Shown: piece after piece, positions 28,731 to 39,162 of the stretch | How positions within the stretch are numbered: the stretch's first letter is position 1 | How the letters are laid out: every line of letters starts with the position of its first letter | Origin: Candidatus Doudnabacteria bacterium RIFCSPHIGHO2_12_FULL_48_16 | GTDB taxonomy: Bacteria > Patescibacteriota > Doudnabacteria > UBA920 > O2-02-FULL-48-8 | DNA: 64,000 bases | Reading direction: 5' to 3' | NCBI GenBank assembly: GCA_001780035.1 | Contig: MFEY01000005.1 | Span: forward strand, 40,354-104,353 | The notes under the pieces: generated by a model | The model's input: only the letters and a program-made list of their open reading frames with translations | Database searches by the model: none | What the model was told of the DNA's origin: nothing | Position numbers and translations under genes: made by a program

Positions 28731-28794
28731 ATCTCTGTCTGCTGAGCCCTAGGCAGGTGGACAAAATCTCCAATCCGTGGTAAAATAATGGTAG

Positions 28795-30102
28795 ATGTTA
28801 TCCTCACGGAAACAAAAACCAAATAACAAACTATACCGCCTGTTTTCCGCCTTCCTGATTGCCGGCGTTTTCTTGGTTATGGGCGCCCGACCCTCCATTT
28901 TGGCTCAAACCGCCACTGATTTGCAGCAGCAAAAAGCCGCCAAGCAGGCGCAACTGAATGCCATTGAAGCCAAAATTGCCGATTACCAGCGACAAATCAA
29001 AGAAACCCAGGGTCAGCTGAACAATTTGGCCAACCAAATAAAAATTTTGAACCTGCAAATTGCCCAGACCGAAGCCCAGATCGAAGCCACCGAAGGCAAA
29101 ATCGACGCCGCGAATTTGGAAATTGCGGATGTCACAAACAAAATCATCCAGACGGAAAAGAATATCAATAAGCAAAAGGCAATTCTGAAATCTTTGATTT
29201 TGGAAATTAACGATCTGGATCAGCGTAGCCCGCTCGAGATCGCGCTTGAGAACGATAATTTTTCCGAATTTTTGGACCAAGTCCAATATACTACCAGTAT
29301 CCAAGAGCAAAGCCAGGAGGCTTTGACCAAAATCAAGGAATTGAAAGTTGATTTGGATGAGCGCCAGGCTGATCTGAAAGTTGAAAAAGCCAAATTGGAT
29401 ACGCTCCTGAGCCAGCTGGACCTAACCAAGGTTAGCTTGGGCGGCGAGCAGAAAGGCAAACAACAGCTCTTAGATCAAACCCGGGGTCAGGAACGGGTTT
29501 ACCAGCGCCTGCTGACCGACTCAGAAGCACAGGAAAAAGCTTTAAACGATGAAATCAATAATCTTGATGCCCTGATTGCGGCGAAGTTGGGCAATAAAAA
29601 ACTAAAGGCGATTCACGGTCTGCTTGGCTGGCCGATGGATGGAATCATGACCCAAGGGTATGGCAACACAGGCTTTACCGCGCTAGGCTATAGTTTTCAT
29701 AACGGCATCGACGTGGCCGCGGCCGCCAACACGCCGATCTATGCGGCCGGCGATGGCACAGTGGCAGCCAGCGGCACGGGCGGCGGCGCTTATGGCAACT
29801 GGGTCGCCATTCGCCACGATACGGGGAAATTTCTCGCGCATCCGATTGTGACGCTCTACGGCCATATGTCGTCATTTGTCGTCCACAATGGCCAGGTGCT
29901 CAAGCAAGGCGATTTGGTCGGATTTGAAGGCAACACCGGCAATACAACCCGGCTGCTTTATGGCCCGCACCGGGGGTATCATATTCACTTTACTGTGTTT
30001 GATGCGGAAGGATTCGGCGTCGCCAACGGTGCATACCCAAATATTTATGGCCCATACAAGGTTCCATACGGCGCGCCATACAATCCTCTCGATTTCCTGT
30101 AA
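28795..30102 (+). CDS. Secreted coiled-coil M23 peptidase (EnvC/CwlO-like)
   Basis: Signal peptide, long coiled coil, HNGID, YGH, HIHF. Confidence 0.92.
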   Translation: MLSSRKQKPNNKLYRLFSAFLIAGVFLVMGARPSILAQTATDLQQQKAAKQAQLNAIEAKIADYQRQIKETQGQLNNLANQIKILNLQIAQTEAQIEATEGKIDAANLEIADVTNKIIQTEKNINKQKAILKSLILEINDLDQRSPLEIALENDNFSEFLDQVQYTTSIQEQSQEALTKIKELKVDLDERQADLKVEKAKLDTLLSQLDLTKVSLGGEQKGKQQLLDQTRGQERVYQRLLTDSEAQEKALNDEINNLDALIAAKLGNKKLKAIHGLLGWPMDGIMTQGYGNTGFTALGYSFHNGIDVAAAANTPIYAAGDGTVAASGTGGGAYGNWVAIRHDTGKFLAHPIVTLYGHMSSFVVHNGQVLKQGDLVGFEGNTGNTTRLLYGPHRGYHIHFTVFDAEGFGVANGAYPNIYGPYKVPYGAPYNPLDFL

Positions 30103-30330
30103 AAGAGGGGAGTAGCTTAATTTGTCAAACACCCCAGACCCGTCTGGGGTGTTTAAATTTGTTCAAAATCCCGCGCCATTTTGCTACATTTAAAAGTAAT
30201 TGCTTAATTTGAAATGTCCGCAGCAATGGCGCGAATGTTATACGGCGTATTTAACCAGTGATAAATATTATACGTCGTAGAAGATACAATGTGCGACGTG
30301 CTGTTTGTTTCTGAATGGGGCTCCCCTGGG

Positions 30331-31080
30331 CTACTTCTCAACCACAATCATGGCCTTGGGCCGGCCTGTTTGGTCTTCGTGATACCCCGTCTTGTAATCG
30401 ACAAGGGCATTAAAGAAAATATTGTAGCTATATCTGTAGCCTTTGCCATTGCGTGTGCCAGGATCATTGGTTATGACTTGTTTCTTCGCCTCATCGTATC
30501 CTATAACCACGAGCATATGCGTCAGTGGCCCGGCACCGGTGAAATTAGGGTTATTGAGCTTCTGGCCATTGGCCGGAGTAATGACTAACTTCCCTGCCGC
30601 CAGTTCTTTTTTGATGTCTTCTATAGTGATCCCTGACTTTACAGTATGGTTATCGTAGTGATAATAATCCGTCATGAGCTTGGCCGTATCGGCTGCGCCC
30701 AGGTCCAGGTAGTTACCATAAGTTTCTTTTTCAAACTCAGACATGGCAATAATGGTTTTTTCCGCTTCAGAAGCTGAGATGGAAGTTTTCCCTTGGGTCC
30801 AGGCGTAGGCCATGATCAACGAAGCCTCTTCGCAACCATCCTGTTGGCGCGGATCAGACCAGTTGGCCGTCGGCGCTTGGGCAGTAAAAGGCACGGTCAA
30901 GAGGACATAACCCGGCAAGGCGCTCGCCTGCCCGGCCGGAGTTGACGGGCTTTGGCTAGCGGGACTCGTTTCGTTCTTGGGTTGATCCTTGGGCTGATCA
31001 TTTGGTTTGGGTTTGAATATCAAAACCGCTGCCAAAGCCAGAGCGACCATGATCAAAATTGTTAAATTGATTTTTTTCAT
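30331..31080 (-). CDS. Membrane-anchored peptidase C39-like protein
   Basis: VPFTAQAP..GCEEAS, HMLVVIGYD, NDPG. Confidence 0.85.
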   Translation of the reverse strand: MKKINLTILIMVALALAAVLIFKPKPNDQPKDQPKNETSPASQSPSTPAGQASALPGYVLLTVPFTAQAPTANWSDPRQQDGCEEASLIMAYAWTQGKTSISASEAEKTIIAMSEFEKETYGNYLDLGAADTAKLMTDYYHYDNHTVKSGITIEDIKKELAAGKLVITPANGQKLNNPNFTGAGPLTHMLVVIGYDEAKKQVITNDPGTRNGKGYRYSYNIFFNALVDYKTGYHEDQTGRPKAMIVVEK

Positions 31081-31176
31081 CCCGTTATGATTAGTTAAAT
31101 TTAATTAACATTTTATGGCGCTGCATTGATTATAATTTATTAGTATATTGCCCGCTATGTCAAATGTCTAACGGGA
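31080..31176. mobile_element. MITE-like element, family A copy 4
   Basis: TCCCGTTA / TAACGGGA ends, TTCA direct repeats. Confidence 0.8.
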
Positions 31177-31177
31177 T

Positions 31178-32335
31178 TCATCTGCGCAACTGCTTAATTA
31201 TTTTAGTTAATATATTCACGGCGGATTTAATTTCCGACGGCTTGGTATTCTGCCCGAGCGTCAATCTGATTGTGGCGGCATCGGCTTGGCCGATTTTGCC
31301 CAGCGCCTCGATGACATGGGACGGCACGGATGAGCCGGAGACGCAGGCCGAACCGGTAGAGGCGGCAATGCCAGCTAGATCCAAAGCGGTCATCAGGGCA
31401 TCCTGGTCGACTCCATAAACAGTCAGGCTGGCATTGTTGGCGGCCCGCTCCTCCCCTGTCGGGCCATTTAATTCAACGTTTTTGATTCTTAGAGCGTTAT
31501 CAATCAGCAAATCGCGCAGCGTGGAAATTTTTCGCGCTTGATCCTGCCGATTTTCCAATGGGCCCAACAGCTCGATGGCTTTGGCAAAGCCCATAATTCC
31601 AGCGGTATTTTGGGTCCCGGGGCGTTTGCCGTATTCCTGTGAGCCGCCAAACGTCAGATTTGCCAGTTTAAGGCCGGATTTGATGTAGAGGGCTCCTATT
31701 CCCTTCGGGCCATAAATTTTGTGCGCGGACAGTGTTAAAAGGTCGCAGCCGAGTTTTTCCACGTTGCAATTGTAAAACTGGGCGGCCTGGACCGCGTCGA
31801 CGTGGAAGATAGGTTTGAGGCCCTTGATTGATTGGCCGATTTCTCGGATCGGCAAAATGGTACCGATTTCGTTGGAAACAAAAATCACGCTCACAAGCTC
31901 GGTATTTTTTTTCACGGCTTTTAAAATTTGATCCGGCCTAATTTTGCCGTTTTTGTCCGGCTTGACGAAGGTGGCCTCAATCACTCCCCTCTTTTCGAGT
32001 TCCTTAACCGTATTGTAAACGGATTGGTGTTCAAGTTGCGTGGTCACGACGTGCGGTTTGGATTTATTTTTTTGAACCGCATAATTGATAACGCCTTGAG
32101 TGGCCAGGTTGTTGGCTTCGGTTGCCCCGGAGGTGAAAACAATTTCCTGCGGTTTGGCGTTTAGAAATTTGCCAACTGCAGCGCGCGCAAAGTCAATTTT
32201 AGCTCGCGCATTCTGACCTTCCCGGTGGGAGGAACTCGGATTGCCAAAGTGCTGCAATTCAAAATCCCGCATGTGTTGGGCAACGTGCGGGTTGACCGGG
32301 GTTGTGGCAGCATGGTCCAAATAGATTCGTCTCAT
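31178..32335 (-). CDS. iscS: Cysteine desulfurase (IscS/NifS family)
   Basis: YLDHAATT, FTSGATE, HVDAVQ, SAHKIYGPKG, STGSAC. Confidence 0.93.
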   Translation of the reverse strand: MRRIYLDHAATTPVNPHVAQHMRDFELQHFGNPSSSHREGQNARAKIDFARAAVGKFLNAKPQEIVFTSGATEANNLATQGVINYAVQKNKSKPHVVTTQLEHQSVYNTVKELEKRGVIEATFVKPDKNGKIRPDQILKAVKKNTELVSVIFVSNEIGTILPIREIGQSIKGLKPIFHVDAVQAAQFYNCNVEKLGCDLLTLSAHKIYGPKGIGALYIKSGLKLANLTFGGSQEYGKRPGTQNTAGIMGFAKAIELLGPLENRQDQARKISTLRDLLIDNALRIKNVELNGPTGEERAANNASLTVYGVDQDALMTALDLAGIAASTGSACVSGSSVPSHVIEALGKIGQADAATIRLTLGQNTKPSEIKSAVNILTKIIKQLRR

Positions 32336-32429
32336 CAGAGGTATTTTAGCATTGACCGTGAATAAAGAAAATGCTATGATTTTTTGTTCCCCAAACGGAG
32401 GAACAAGGCGCCAGGGAGAGCGCCACACA

Positions 32430-32813
32430 ATGCTGAGAATAATGGTAATCCGTCCGGTGCATCAGCCGATTACGGCGGACGCGGTCCCCTGTGGCTGCGG
32501 TGGGAGCCGGAGCCACGGCTACGTCCGGATGCGGCAGGAAGATCGGAAATTCGGACCCTTCTACTCCGTCGAGGCCGGATCGGACCTGGTGGAAGCGCTG
32601 GCCGAGGGAGCGGTGATCAACGCGGAAACCGACGCCTACATTCGCCGGCAGCTGGAGGTGTTCCACATGCCGGATCTGCGGATCGACAGCGACGAGCGGG
32701 CCAAGAAACAGGTAGCGCTCCAGGTGCAGATAGCCGAGGGGCTTGCCCTGATGCGGAGGATCGCGGCCGGGTTCGATCGCAGTGGCAGTTGGTCTGGCTC
32801 GGGACGCTTCTAG
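32430..32813 (+). CDS. Hypothetical protein (orphan cassette)
   Basis: TTGACC-N17-TATGAT promoter at 32352, GGGAGA SD-like site, GC-rich codons, terminator hairpin ~32829-32863. Confidence 0.6.
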   Translation: MLRIMVIRPVHQPITADAVPCGCGGSRSHGYVRMRQEDRKFGPFYSVEAGSDLVEALAEGAVINAETDAYIRRQLEVFHMPDLRIDSDERAKKQVALQVQIAEGLALMRRIAAGFDRSGSWSGSGRF

Positions 32814-32873
32814 CGCTCTCGTAGACGTGAACACAGGATGGGTCCGCTGGGCTCATCCTGTTCATTATTTATA

Positions 32874-33224
32874 TTATCTTAAAGCTTTTCTGAAACCCGC
32901 AGCCTGGGCGGCGGACTCGGTTGCAAAGCAGGTCAGTGCGTTAAGCTTATCATATCCGGATTGTCCGGGCACATGGTAAATTCGCGAGCTCGGCGTGCCT
33001 TTGATTTTGCATTCCGCGCTGTTGGTTTCTGATTGTAAACCTGACACGGTTGGAGTATAATTACTCTCAGCAGATACGTTTTGCTCCAGCCTGATTTCCG
33101 GGCCTTTTTCTTGAACGGTTGCCAGCTGACCGAGAGCAAAGCCAATCGAGGCAACCAGGAGATAGCCGATCGCGAGGACAATTGCCTGCTGACGGGTTTT
33201 GATAAACAGTTTTATTTTTTCCAT
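32874..33224 (-). CDS. Membrane-anchored protein with C-terminal Ada-metal-binding-like domain
   Basis: TM helix then CKIKG..RIYHVPG..Y..CF.TE..A.AAGFR. Confidence 0.75.
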   Translation of the reverse strand: MEKIKLFIKTRQQAIVLAIGYLLVASIGFALGQLATVQEKGPEIRLEQNVSAESNYTPTVSGLQSETNSAECKIKGTPSSRIYHVPGQSGYDKLNALTCFATESAAQAAGFRKALR

Positions 33225-34583
33225 ATGCAATATGCGTTTATCCTAGGGAGGGTTTATACTTTGTCCTTGGCCGAAATTCTCAAGGTCTTGCAGGCTTTGG
33301 GCGTGGGGCACAAAATTCTGGCTTGCTCCCCCGAGGTCGTGGTCATCGAAACCGACAAAGCCTTAAAACCCGAAGAACTGCAGCCGCGCCTGGGCGGTGT
33401 TATCAAAATTATACGACTTTTTGACACTTTTCAAAAGAAGGGCAAGGAATTCCCTTCCCAGGTTCTGGGCAGTTACTTCACCTTTAAGCGCATCAAGGAA
33501 TATTTTCACGAATATTCCGGCAAGAAGCAGTTCGGCGTTTCAATTTACAGTTTGGATCCGACAGTTCGATTTCGCGAAGAAGCCCAGCGCGTGGCTTTCC
33601 TGATCAAAAAAGTTTTACAGGACGAAACCCAAAGCGTTCGGGCCGTCCTGCCGCAGTTTCCCTCCCAGGCGCTGACCTCGGTGCAGGTCAACGAAAATCA
33701 TATTTTGGAAAAAGGCGCTGAGGTAGTAGTCATTAGTGGCAACCAAAGATTATTTATCGGCAAGACCATCACTGTGCAAAATTATGAGGACTACGGGCGC
33801 CGGGATTATCAGCGGCCAGCTCGTGATGAAAAAGTCGGTATGATTCCACCCAAGGTCGCGCAGACCATGATTAATTTCGCCCAGCCGCTCAAGCCTCTCG
33901 ATTATATCCTTGATCCGTTCTGCGGCTGCGGCACGGTGTTGCAGGAAGCTATCTATATGGGCTATCGCGCTATCGGCGCGGATCTGGAGCAGAAAATGGT
34001 GGAAAATAGCGAGAAGAACCTTGAGTGGTTCCGAAACCGCTACCACGTTTCGCCGGGCCGCTACAAGTTGTTTAAATCAAATGCGGCGGAAATTTCGATT
34101 ATCCTCCCCAATTATCAGGTTGCGGCCGTGGTCACCGAAGGCACCCTGGGCCCGATCTATAGCAAGTTACCAAAAAAGCCGGAGATGACGGAAAATTTTA
34201 AAACCTTAAGCAAGCTCTATGATCAGGTTTTCAAGGAATTTAAAAAATTCCTGACCGAGGGGGCGCGGGTTGTGATCTGCCTGCCGGCCTATAAAGTCAG
34301 CGCTACAGACTACGCCTTTCTGCCCGATCTTGACTTTGCGACCCAAAACGGGTATACTGTCTTGGATCCCCTGCCCGATTTTTTGGTCAAAAAATACCGC
34401 TTCCTCAAAGTCACGGAACGCAAATCCTGCGTCTATGACCGGCGAGATCAGATCGTGGCGCGCGAGATTGTTATATTTCAATATGGAACTAACGATTCGA
34501 ATCAAGTATTAACCGAAGATCGTAATAGCAACCCCGCGGGTGAAGACGAGAATTCGGAACTAACCGAAAACAATGGCGCATAA
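33225..34583 (+). CDS. TRM11-like SAM-dependent RNA methyltransferase
   Basis: [30 protein letters not shown]. Confidence 0.85.
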   Translation: MQYAFILGRVYTLSLAEILKVLQALGVGHKILACSPEVVVIETDKALKPEELQPRLGGVIKIIRLFDTFQKKGKEFPSQVLGSYFTFKRIKEYFHEYSGKKQFGVSIYSLDPTVRFREEAQRVAFLIKKVLQDETQSVRAVLPQFPSQALTSVQVNENHILEKGAEVVVISGNQRLFIGKTITVQNYEDYGRRDYQRPARDEKVGMIPPKVAQTMINFAQPLKPLDYILDPFCGCGTVLQEAIYMGYRAIGADLEQKMVENSEKNLEWFRNRYHVSPGRYKLFKSNAAEISIILPNYQVAAVVTEGTLGPIYSKLPKKPEMTENFKTLSKLYDQVFKEFKKFLTEGARVVICLPAYKVSATDYAFLPDLDFATQNGYTVLDPLPDFLVKKYRFLKVTERKSCVYDRRDQIVAREIVIFQYGTNDSNQVLTEDRNSNPAGEDENSELTENNGA

Positions 34584-34863
34584 GAAAGCCGGCGGCTCCA
34601 CAGCTTTAGGCCGCGACTCACAATCCAAGCGATTAGGCATCAAGAAATTTGGCGGCCAGACCGCCGAGATTGGCAATATCATAGTCCGCCAGCGCGGGAC
34701 CAAGTGGCACCCGGGCAAGAATGTCCGCATCGGCGGCGATGATTCCATCTATGCCGTGGCAGTCGGAATCGTTAAATTCACTTCCAAGAAAGTCCGCGGG
34801 TTTGATGGTAATCTGCATTTACGTAGGTTCGTCCACGTCCTGCCCGCAGAAGCCAAGAAATAA
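34573..34863 (+). CDS. rpmA: 50S ribosomal protein L27
   Basis: [18 protein letters not shown]. Confidence 0.98.
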   Translation: MAHKKAGGSTALGRDSQSKRLGIKKFGGQTAEIGNIIVRQRGTKWHPGKNVRIGGDDSIYAVAVGIVKFTSKKVRGFDGNLHLRRFVHVLPAEAKK

Positions 34864-34965
34864 TTATATAGTTCGAAGACAACCCCGCCTCTGGCGGGGT
34901 TTTGAGTTGCTTAAATTTTATCCCGGTGCTTTAATAACCTTAGGTATTAATTTAGAGCAAGTTAT

Positions 34966-36108
34966 ATGAAAAAATTTAAAGTATTCGGTCTTGCAGCGGT
35001 CGTGTTGGCATTGGCCGCTTCTCCGGTTCTGGCCGCGGAGTTTATTGCGCCGGAAAGCAAAACAGATGCCAATATCTCGACTCTGCAGCAGGACGTGCAT
35101 AAAAATCTTTATATTGCGGGCGCCGCGGTGACGATCAACGGCAAAATCCAGGGCGACCTGGCTGCGGCTGGCGGCGTCGTGACTGTGAACGGTGATGTCG
35201 AAAAAGGCCTATTGCTCGCCGGCGGCAATCTGAATCTCAACGCTGCTGTGGGTGAAAATGCCCGCATCGCCGGCGGCAATGTTTCCATCAATGCTCCGGT
35301 CGGCGGCGATTTGCTGGTCGGCGGCGGGAACATTACAATTGCCCAAAAAGCCAAAGTGGGTGGCGATCTTGTTATCGGCGGGGGCAATGTCTTGCTGGAC
35401 GCGGATGTGGCCGGCAATGTGAAAATCGGCGGGGGCAATGTTACAATCAATGGCAAAGTCAGCGGCAACGTCGAGGTTATGGCCAATCAAAATCTAACGT
35501 TCGGCCCGGCCAGTCAGGTTCTGGGGAAAGTTAGCTTCAAGGGTCCGCAGGAAGCGGTAGTCAAACCAGGCGCGAAGGTGGGCGTGATTACTTACACTCA
35601 TATCAACAAGCGAGTGGCCCACCGGAGCGGCATAATCGGATTGTTGATCATTGGCAGCTTGTTTAAACTGATTATGCTGCTGGTTGCGGCCGTAGTTTTG
35701 GCCTGGCTCTTGCCCAGTAAGATTTCAGCCGTTGTCGCCGAAGCCAAAGCCAAGCCCTGGCACAGCCTAGGATTCGGGGTCTTGGTGGTAATTCTCTCCC
35801 CCATCTTGGGAGTGATTCTGATGGCAACGGTTCTGGGGATTTATCTGGGAATGATTGTGTTTATGATCTTTGGCCTGCTTATGATTATTTCGGCCATTCT
35901 CTCTCTGTTCTATGTCGGTAACCAGGTTTGGAGCTGGTATCACCGCGATGCAATCGCCAATCGCTGGCGCGATCTAGGGCTTGGCGCGCTGATCACGCTG
36001 ATTCTCGGGTTTATCCCGATCGTGGGCTGGGTAATCCTCCTGGTCATCTGGCTCATTACGCTGGGGGCGCTTAAAAGATACACTTATCAGGAAGCCTTCG
36101 GTAAATAA
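34966..36108 (+). CDS. Secreted bactofilin-like beta-helix repeats plus polytopic membrane domain
   Basis: Repeated GGNV.I...V.GD units followed by ~6 TM helices. Confidence 0.8.
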   Translation: MKKFKVFGLAAVVLALAASPVLAAEFIAPESKTDANISTLQQDVHKNLYIAGAAVTINGKIQGDLAAAGGVVTVNGDVEKGLLLAGGNLNLNAAVGENARIAGGNVSINAPVGGDLLVGGGNITIAQKAKVGGDLVIGGGNVLLDADVAGNVKIGGGNVTINGKVSGNVEVMANQNLTFGPASQVLGKVSFKGPQEAVVKPGAKVGVITYTHINKRVAHRSGIIGLLIIGSLFKLIMLLVAAVVLAWLLPSKISAVVAEAKAKPWHSLGFGVLVVILSPILGVILMATVLGIYLGMIVFMIFGLLMIISAILSLFYVGNQVWSWYHRDAIANRWRDLGLGALITLILGFIPIVGWVILLVIWLITLGALKRYTYQEAFGK

Positions 36109-36118
36109 GGCAAAAACT

Positions 36119-36152
36119 AAACACCCCGTCTCTCGCGAGAGGCGGGGTGTTT
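36119..36152. terminator. Bidirectional terminator
   Basis: AAACACCCCGTCTC..GAGGCGGGGTGTTT. Confidence 0.75.
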
Positions 36153-36161
36153 AAATTTGAT

Positions 36162-37793
36162 CTATTTTTTAATGCTGGCTTTTATAAATTCACAGAATAA
36201 TGGGCCAGGGTTTAAGGGCCTTGATTTAAATTCCGGGTGGAATTGCACGCCCAGGAAGAACGGATGATCGGCCAACTCGACGATTTCCACCAGGTGGCCA
36301 TCGGGTGTGGTGCCGGAAAAGATCATGCCGGCGGCTTCAAACTGCTTGCGGTATTTGTTATTAAATTCATAGCGATGGCGGTGGCGCTCGGAAATCTTGC
36401 GCGCGCCATAGGCTTTTTCTGCGATTGAACCGGGCTTGAGGACACAGTCCCAGGCACCGAGGCGCATGGTGCCGCCGTATTCTTTTTTCAAAAGCTTCTT
36501 TTCCTGATCCGGCATGATATGAATCACCGGATGAGGAGTTTCGTCATCAACCTCCACGGTGTGGGCGTTTTTGAGCTTCAGCACATTGCGCGCGAACTCG
36601 ATGGTCGCCATCTGCATGCCATAGCACAGTCCCAGATAAGGAATCTTGTTCTCACGGGCGTAAGTGATGGCCTGAATCATGCCTTCCACTCCTCGCTTGC
36701 CGAAGCCGGGCGTAATCACAATCCCATGCATATCGTCGAGGTGCTTTTCGGCGCCGTCCTTCTCGATTTTTTCGGAGTCGATCCAGTGCAGCACCGGTTT
36801 GGCCTTGTTATGCCAGCTGCCGTGCTTGAGAGCTTCAATAATCGAAACATAAACATCGGCGAGGTTGTAATTGCCGGTGCCGAAGTATTTGCCAACCACG
36901 CCGATATGAACTTCTTTTTTGACCGTTTTCATGGTCCGGACCAGATTTTTCCATGGCTGCAGGTCTTTGCGGCCGGGCGGCAGCTTGAGTTTTTCCAGGA
37001 TTTTCTCGCCAAAGCTCTGGTTCTGCAATCCCAGGGGCACTTCGTAAATTGAGGGTAGATCCGGGTTGGAAATCACGTCTTCTTTGCGGACGTTGCAAAA
37101 CAGAGCGATGCGCTCCTTGCGCTTGTCGTCTACGGCGTGTTCGGCGCGTGCCACCACAAAATCCGGCTCAATCCCCAGCGAGTTGAGCAGCCGCACCGAC
37201 TGCTGCACGGGTTTGGATTTCATTTCCCCGAGATTGCTAGGGATCGGCAGATAGGCGACGTGAACCTGGATGACATCGCCGGGCGCACGAAGTTTCATGA
37301 GCCGGGAAGCTTCGAAGAAAATGCCGTTTTGATATTCGCCCACGGTGCCACCCAGTTCAATGATAACCACGTCGGCATCCTTGCCCGCGAGTTTAAACCG
37401 CCGGATAATTTCATCGGTAATGTGCGGAATGGCTTCTACGTCCTCGCCGTTATATTCAAAAGCCCGTTCCTTGCGTAAAACTTCGGAATAAACCTGGCCG
37501 GTGGTAATATAGTTTACCCGGCTCAGATCCCGGCCCAGAAACCGCTCGTAGTGGCCGAGGTCTTGGTCGGTTTCGACCCCATCATTGGTCACGAAAACCT
37601 CACCGTGCTCCTGGGGCCGGATAGTGCCAGCGTCCAAGTTGAGATACATATCCACCTTGACCGGCGAAACTTTATAGCCTTTGCTTTTTAAAATGGCGGC
37701 AATTGATGCCGCTGTAATGCCCTTGCCGAGACCCGAAATGACTCCCCCGGAAACAAAGATATATTTGGTGCTGCGTTTGAGTTTGGCGCTCAT
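36162..37793 (-). CDS. pyrG: CTP synthase
   Basis: GGVISGLGKG, KSKPVQQS, GLCYGMQ, RHRHRYE, QFHPEF. Confidence 0.97.
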   Translation of the reverse strand: MSAKLKRSTKYIFVSGGVISGLGKGITAASIAAILKSKGYKVSPVKVDMYLNLDAGTIRPQEHGEVFVTNDGVETDQDLGHYERFLGRDLSRVNYITTGQVYSEVLRKERAFEYNGEDVEAIPHITDEIIRRFKLAGKDADVVIIELGGTVGEYQNGIFFEASRLMKLRAPGDVIQVHVAYLPIPSNLGEMKSKPVQQSVRLLNSLGIEPDFVVARAEHAVDDKRKERIALFCNVRKEDVISNPDLPSIYEVPLGLQNQSFGEKILEKLKLPPGRKDLQPWKNLVRTMKTVKKEVHIGVVGKYFGTGNYNLADVYVSIIEALKHGSWHNKAKPVLHWIDSEKIEKDGAEKHLDDMHGIVITPGFGKRGVEGMIQAITYARENKIPYLGLCYGMQMATIEFARNVLKLKNAHTVEVDDETPHPVIHIMPDQEKKLLKKEYGGTMRLGAWDCVLKPGSIAEKAYGARKISERHRHRYEFNNKYRKQFEAAGMIFSGTTPDGHLVEIVELADHPFFLGVQFHPEFKSRPLNPGPLFCEFIKASIKK

Positions 37794-38233
37794 AGTGCTG
37801 TTATCTTCAACCTAATTTTAAAATTAATTGTTTCGTTCAATTTTATTAAAACTTCGTGCAATCCCAGATGCTTGATCGGTTTTTCGATCACAATCTTATT
37901 CGCGTCCAGGCTGTCCGGGAATTTTTGATTTATCGCGCTGGCGATTTCATCTTCGTGGACGGCCGCAAATAAACTGTTGCTGGAGGCCCGCGCCTTAATT
38001 TCAAATTCCTGATGGCTGAGTTTGTTTTTGAGCTGTTGCTGGAATTCCTGGATCCGGGTAACTTTGGCTTGTTTTTCTTTCTCTTCCTTCTGGACTTTGG
38101 TCAAGACTTCTGTCGTGGCCGGCAGGGCCAGATGCCGAGGAATGAGGAAGTTTCTCGCATGGCCATCGGAGACATCCTTGACGTCGCCCGTTCGGCCCAG
38201 CCCTTTGACATCCTTAGTCAGAAGTATTTTCAT
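37790..38233 (-). CDS. rplI: 50S ribosomal protein L9
   Basis: MKILLTKDVKGLG..GD..DV.DGHARNFLIP. Confidence 0.96.
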   Translation of the reverse strand: MKILLTKDVKGLGRTGDVKDVSDGHARNFLIPRHLALPATTEVLTKVQKEEKEKQAKVTRIQEFQQQLKNKLSHQEFEIKARASSNSLFAAVHEDEIASAINQKFPDSLDANKIVIEKPIKHLGLHEVLIKLNETINFKIRLKITAL

Positions 38234-38243
38234 ACTACAATCA

Positions 38244-39161
38244 TTATACCTTCAAGTAGCGGCGCATGGCAATACTGGAAGCAATGGCCGAAAGGACAAT
38301 GCTGGCGGCGAGATTCACCAGCAGGATGCGCCAGAACAGAGCGCTGATCAGGCTGGAGCCCAGAACCTGAATTGAAAGGAATTGCTCAATCCGGCCGGAC
38401 AGCAGAATCAGCAGAATCAGGATAATGAGCGAAGTTAGAACCGTGGCGATCAGGGAATAAAGAATGCCCTCGATCATAAACGGCCAGCGGATATACCAGT
38501 TGGTGGCGCCGACGAGGCGCATGATCTCCACTTCCTCCCGGCGGTTGTAGATCGTGAGGCGGATGGTATTGAAAGTTACCATAACAGTTACGACCATAAA
38601 GATGGCGGCCAGGAGGATGCCGAACCTGGTAATGAACTGGATGATCCGATAAAGCTTGTTGATGACCGTCTGGTTGTCGCGGACATTTTGAAAGTAAGGC
38701 GCGTAGCGCTGGCCCTTGAGGGTGTCGTAAATTCGGGAATAATCGGTCAGATCGTAAGCCTTCACCGCAATGGAACCGGTTAAGGGGTTTTCAGCGTCGG
38801 TAAATTCATTTAAGCTCTCAATCCAGTTGGGTTCGTTTTGGTGGATCAGCTTAAACTGCGCGATCGCTTCTTCTTTGGTCGTGTAATTGACTTCCCTCAC
38901 GCCCTCTAGGCCTTTTATTTCCGTAATGACGTTCTGGACTTCCTTATCCGTGGTTTGCTGGTTGAAATACGCGGTCACCACGCCAATCTTATCTGTGGAA
39001 TTTTGGATGGCGACCGAGGTTAAAGCATAAAGGACAATTATTATGGAAATAATAAACAAGGTAATGGCGACCATGGAAGTGGCCGCGATTGAAATCCAAA
39101 TGTTCCGCAGAAAATTTGTTAAACCCGATTTAATCAAGCGTTTCGTCTCCAAGGTTGTCAT
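38244..39161 (-). CDS. ftsX: Cell division permease FtsX
   Basis: NTIRLTIYNRREEVEIMRLVGA; follows ftsE. Confidence 0.93.
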   Translation of the reverse strand: MTTLETKRLIKSGLTNFLRNIWISIAATSMVAITLFIISIIIVLYALTSVAIQNSTDKIGVVTAYFNQQTTDKEVQNVITEIKGLEGVREVNYTTKEEAIAQFKLIHQNEPNWIESLNEFTDAENPLTGSIAVKAYDLTDYSRIYDTLKGQRYAPYFQNVRDNQTVINKLYRIIQFITRFGILLAAIFMVVTVMVTFNTIRLTIYNRREEVEIMRLVGATNWYIRWPFMIEGILYSLIATVLTSLIILILLILLSGRIEQFLSIQVLGSSLISALFWRILLVNLAASIVLSAIASSIAMRRYLKV

Positions 39162-39162
39162 A

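Noticed and set aside
33081..33224. Extended N-termini in the ORF track (also 26327, 32428, 44952, 47387, 50071, 55570)
   Set aside because: Extensions overlap neighbouring genes or promoters; downstream ATGs match family N-termini
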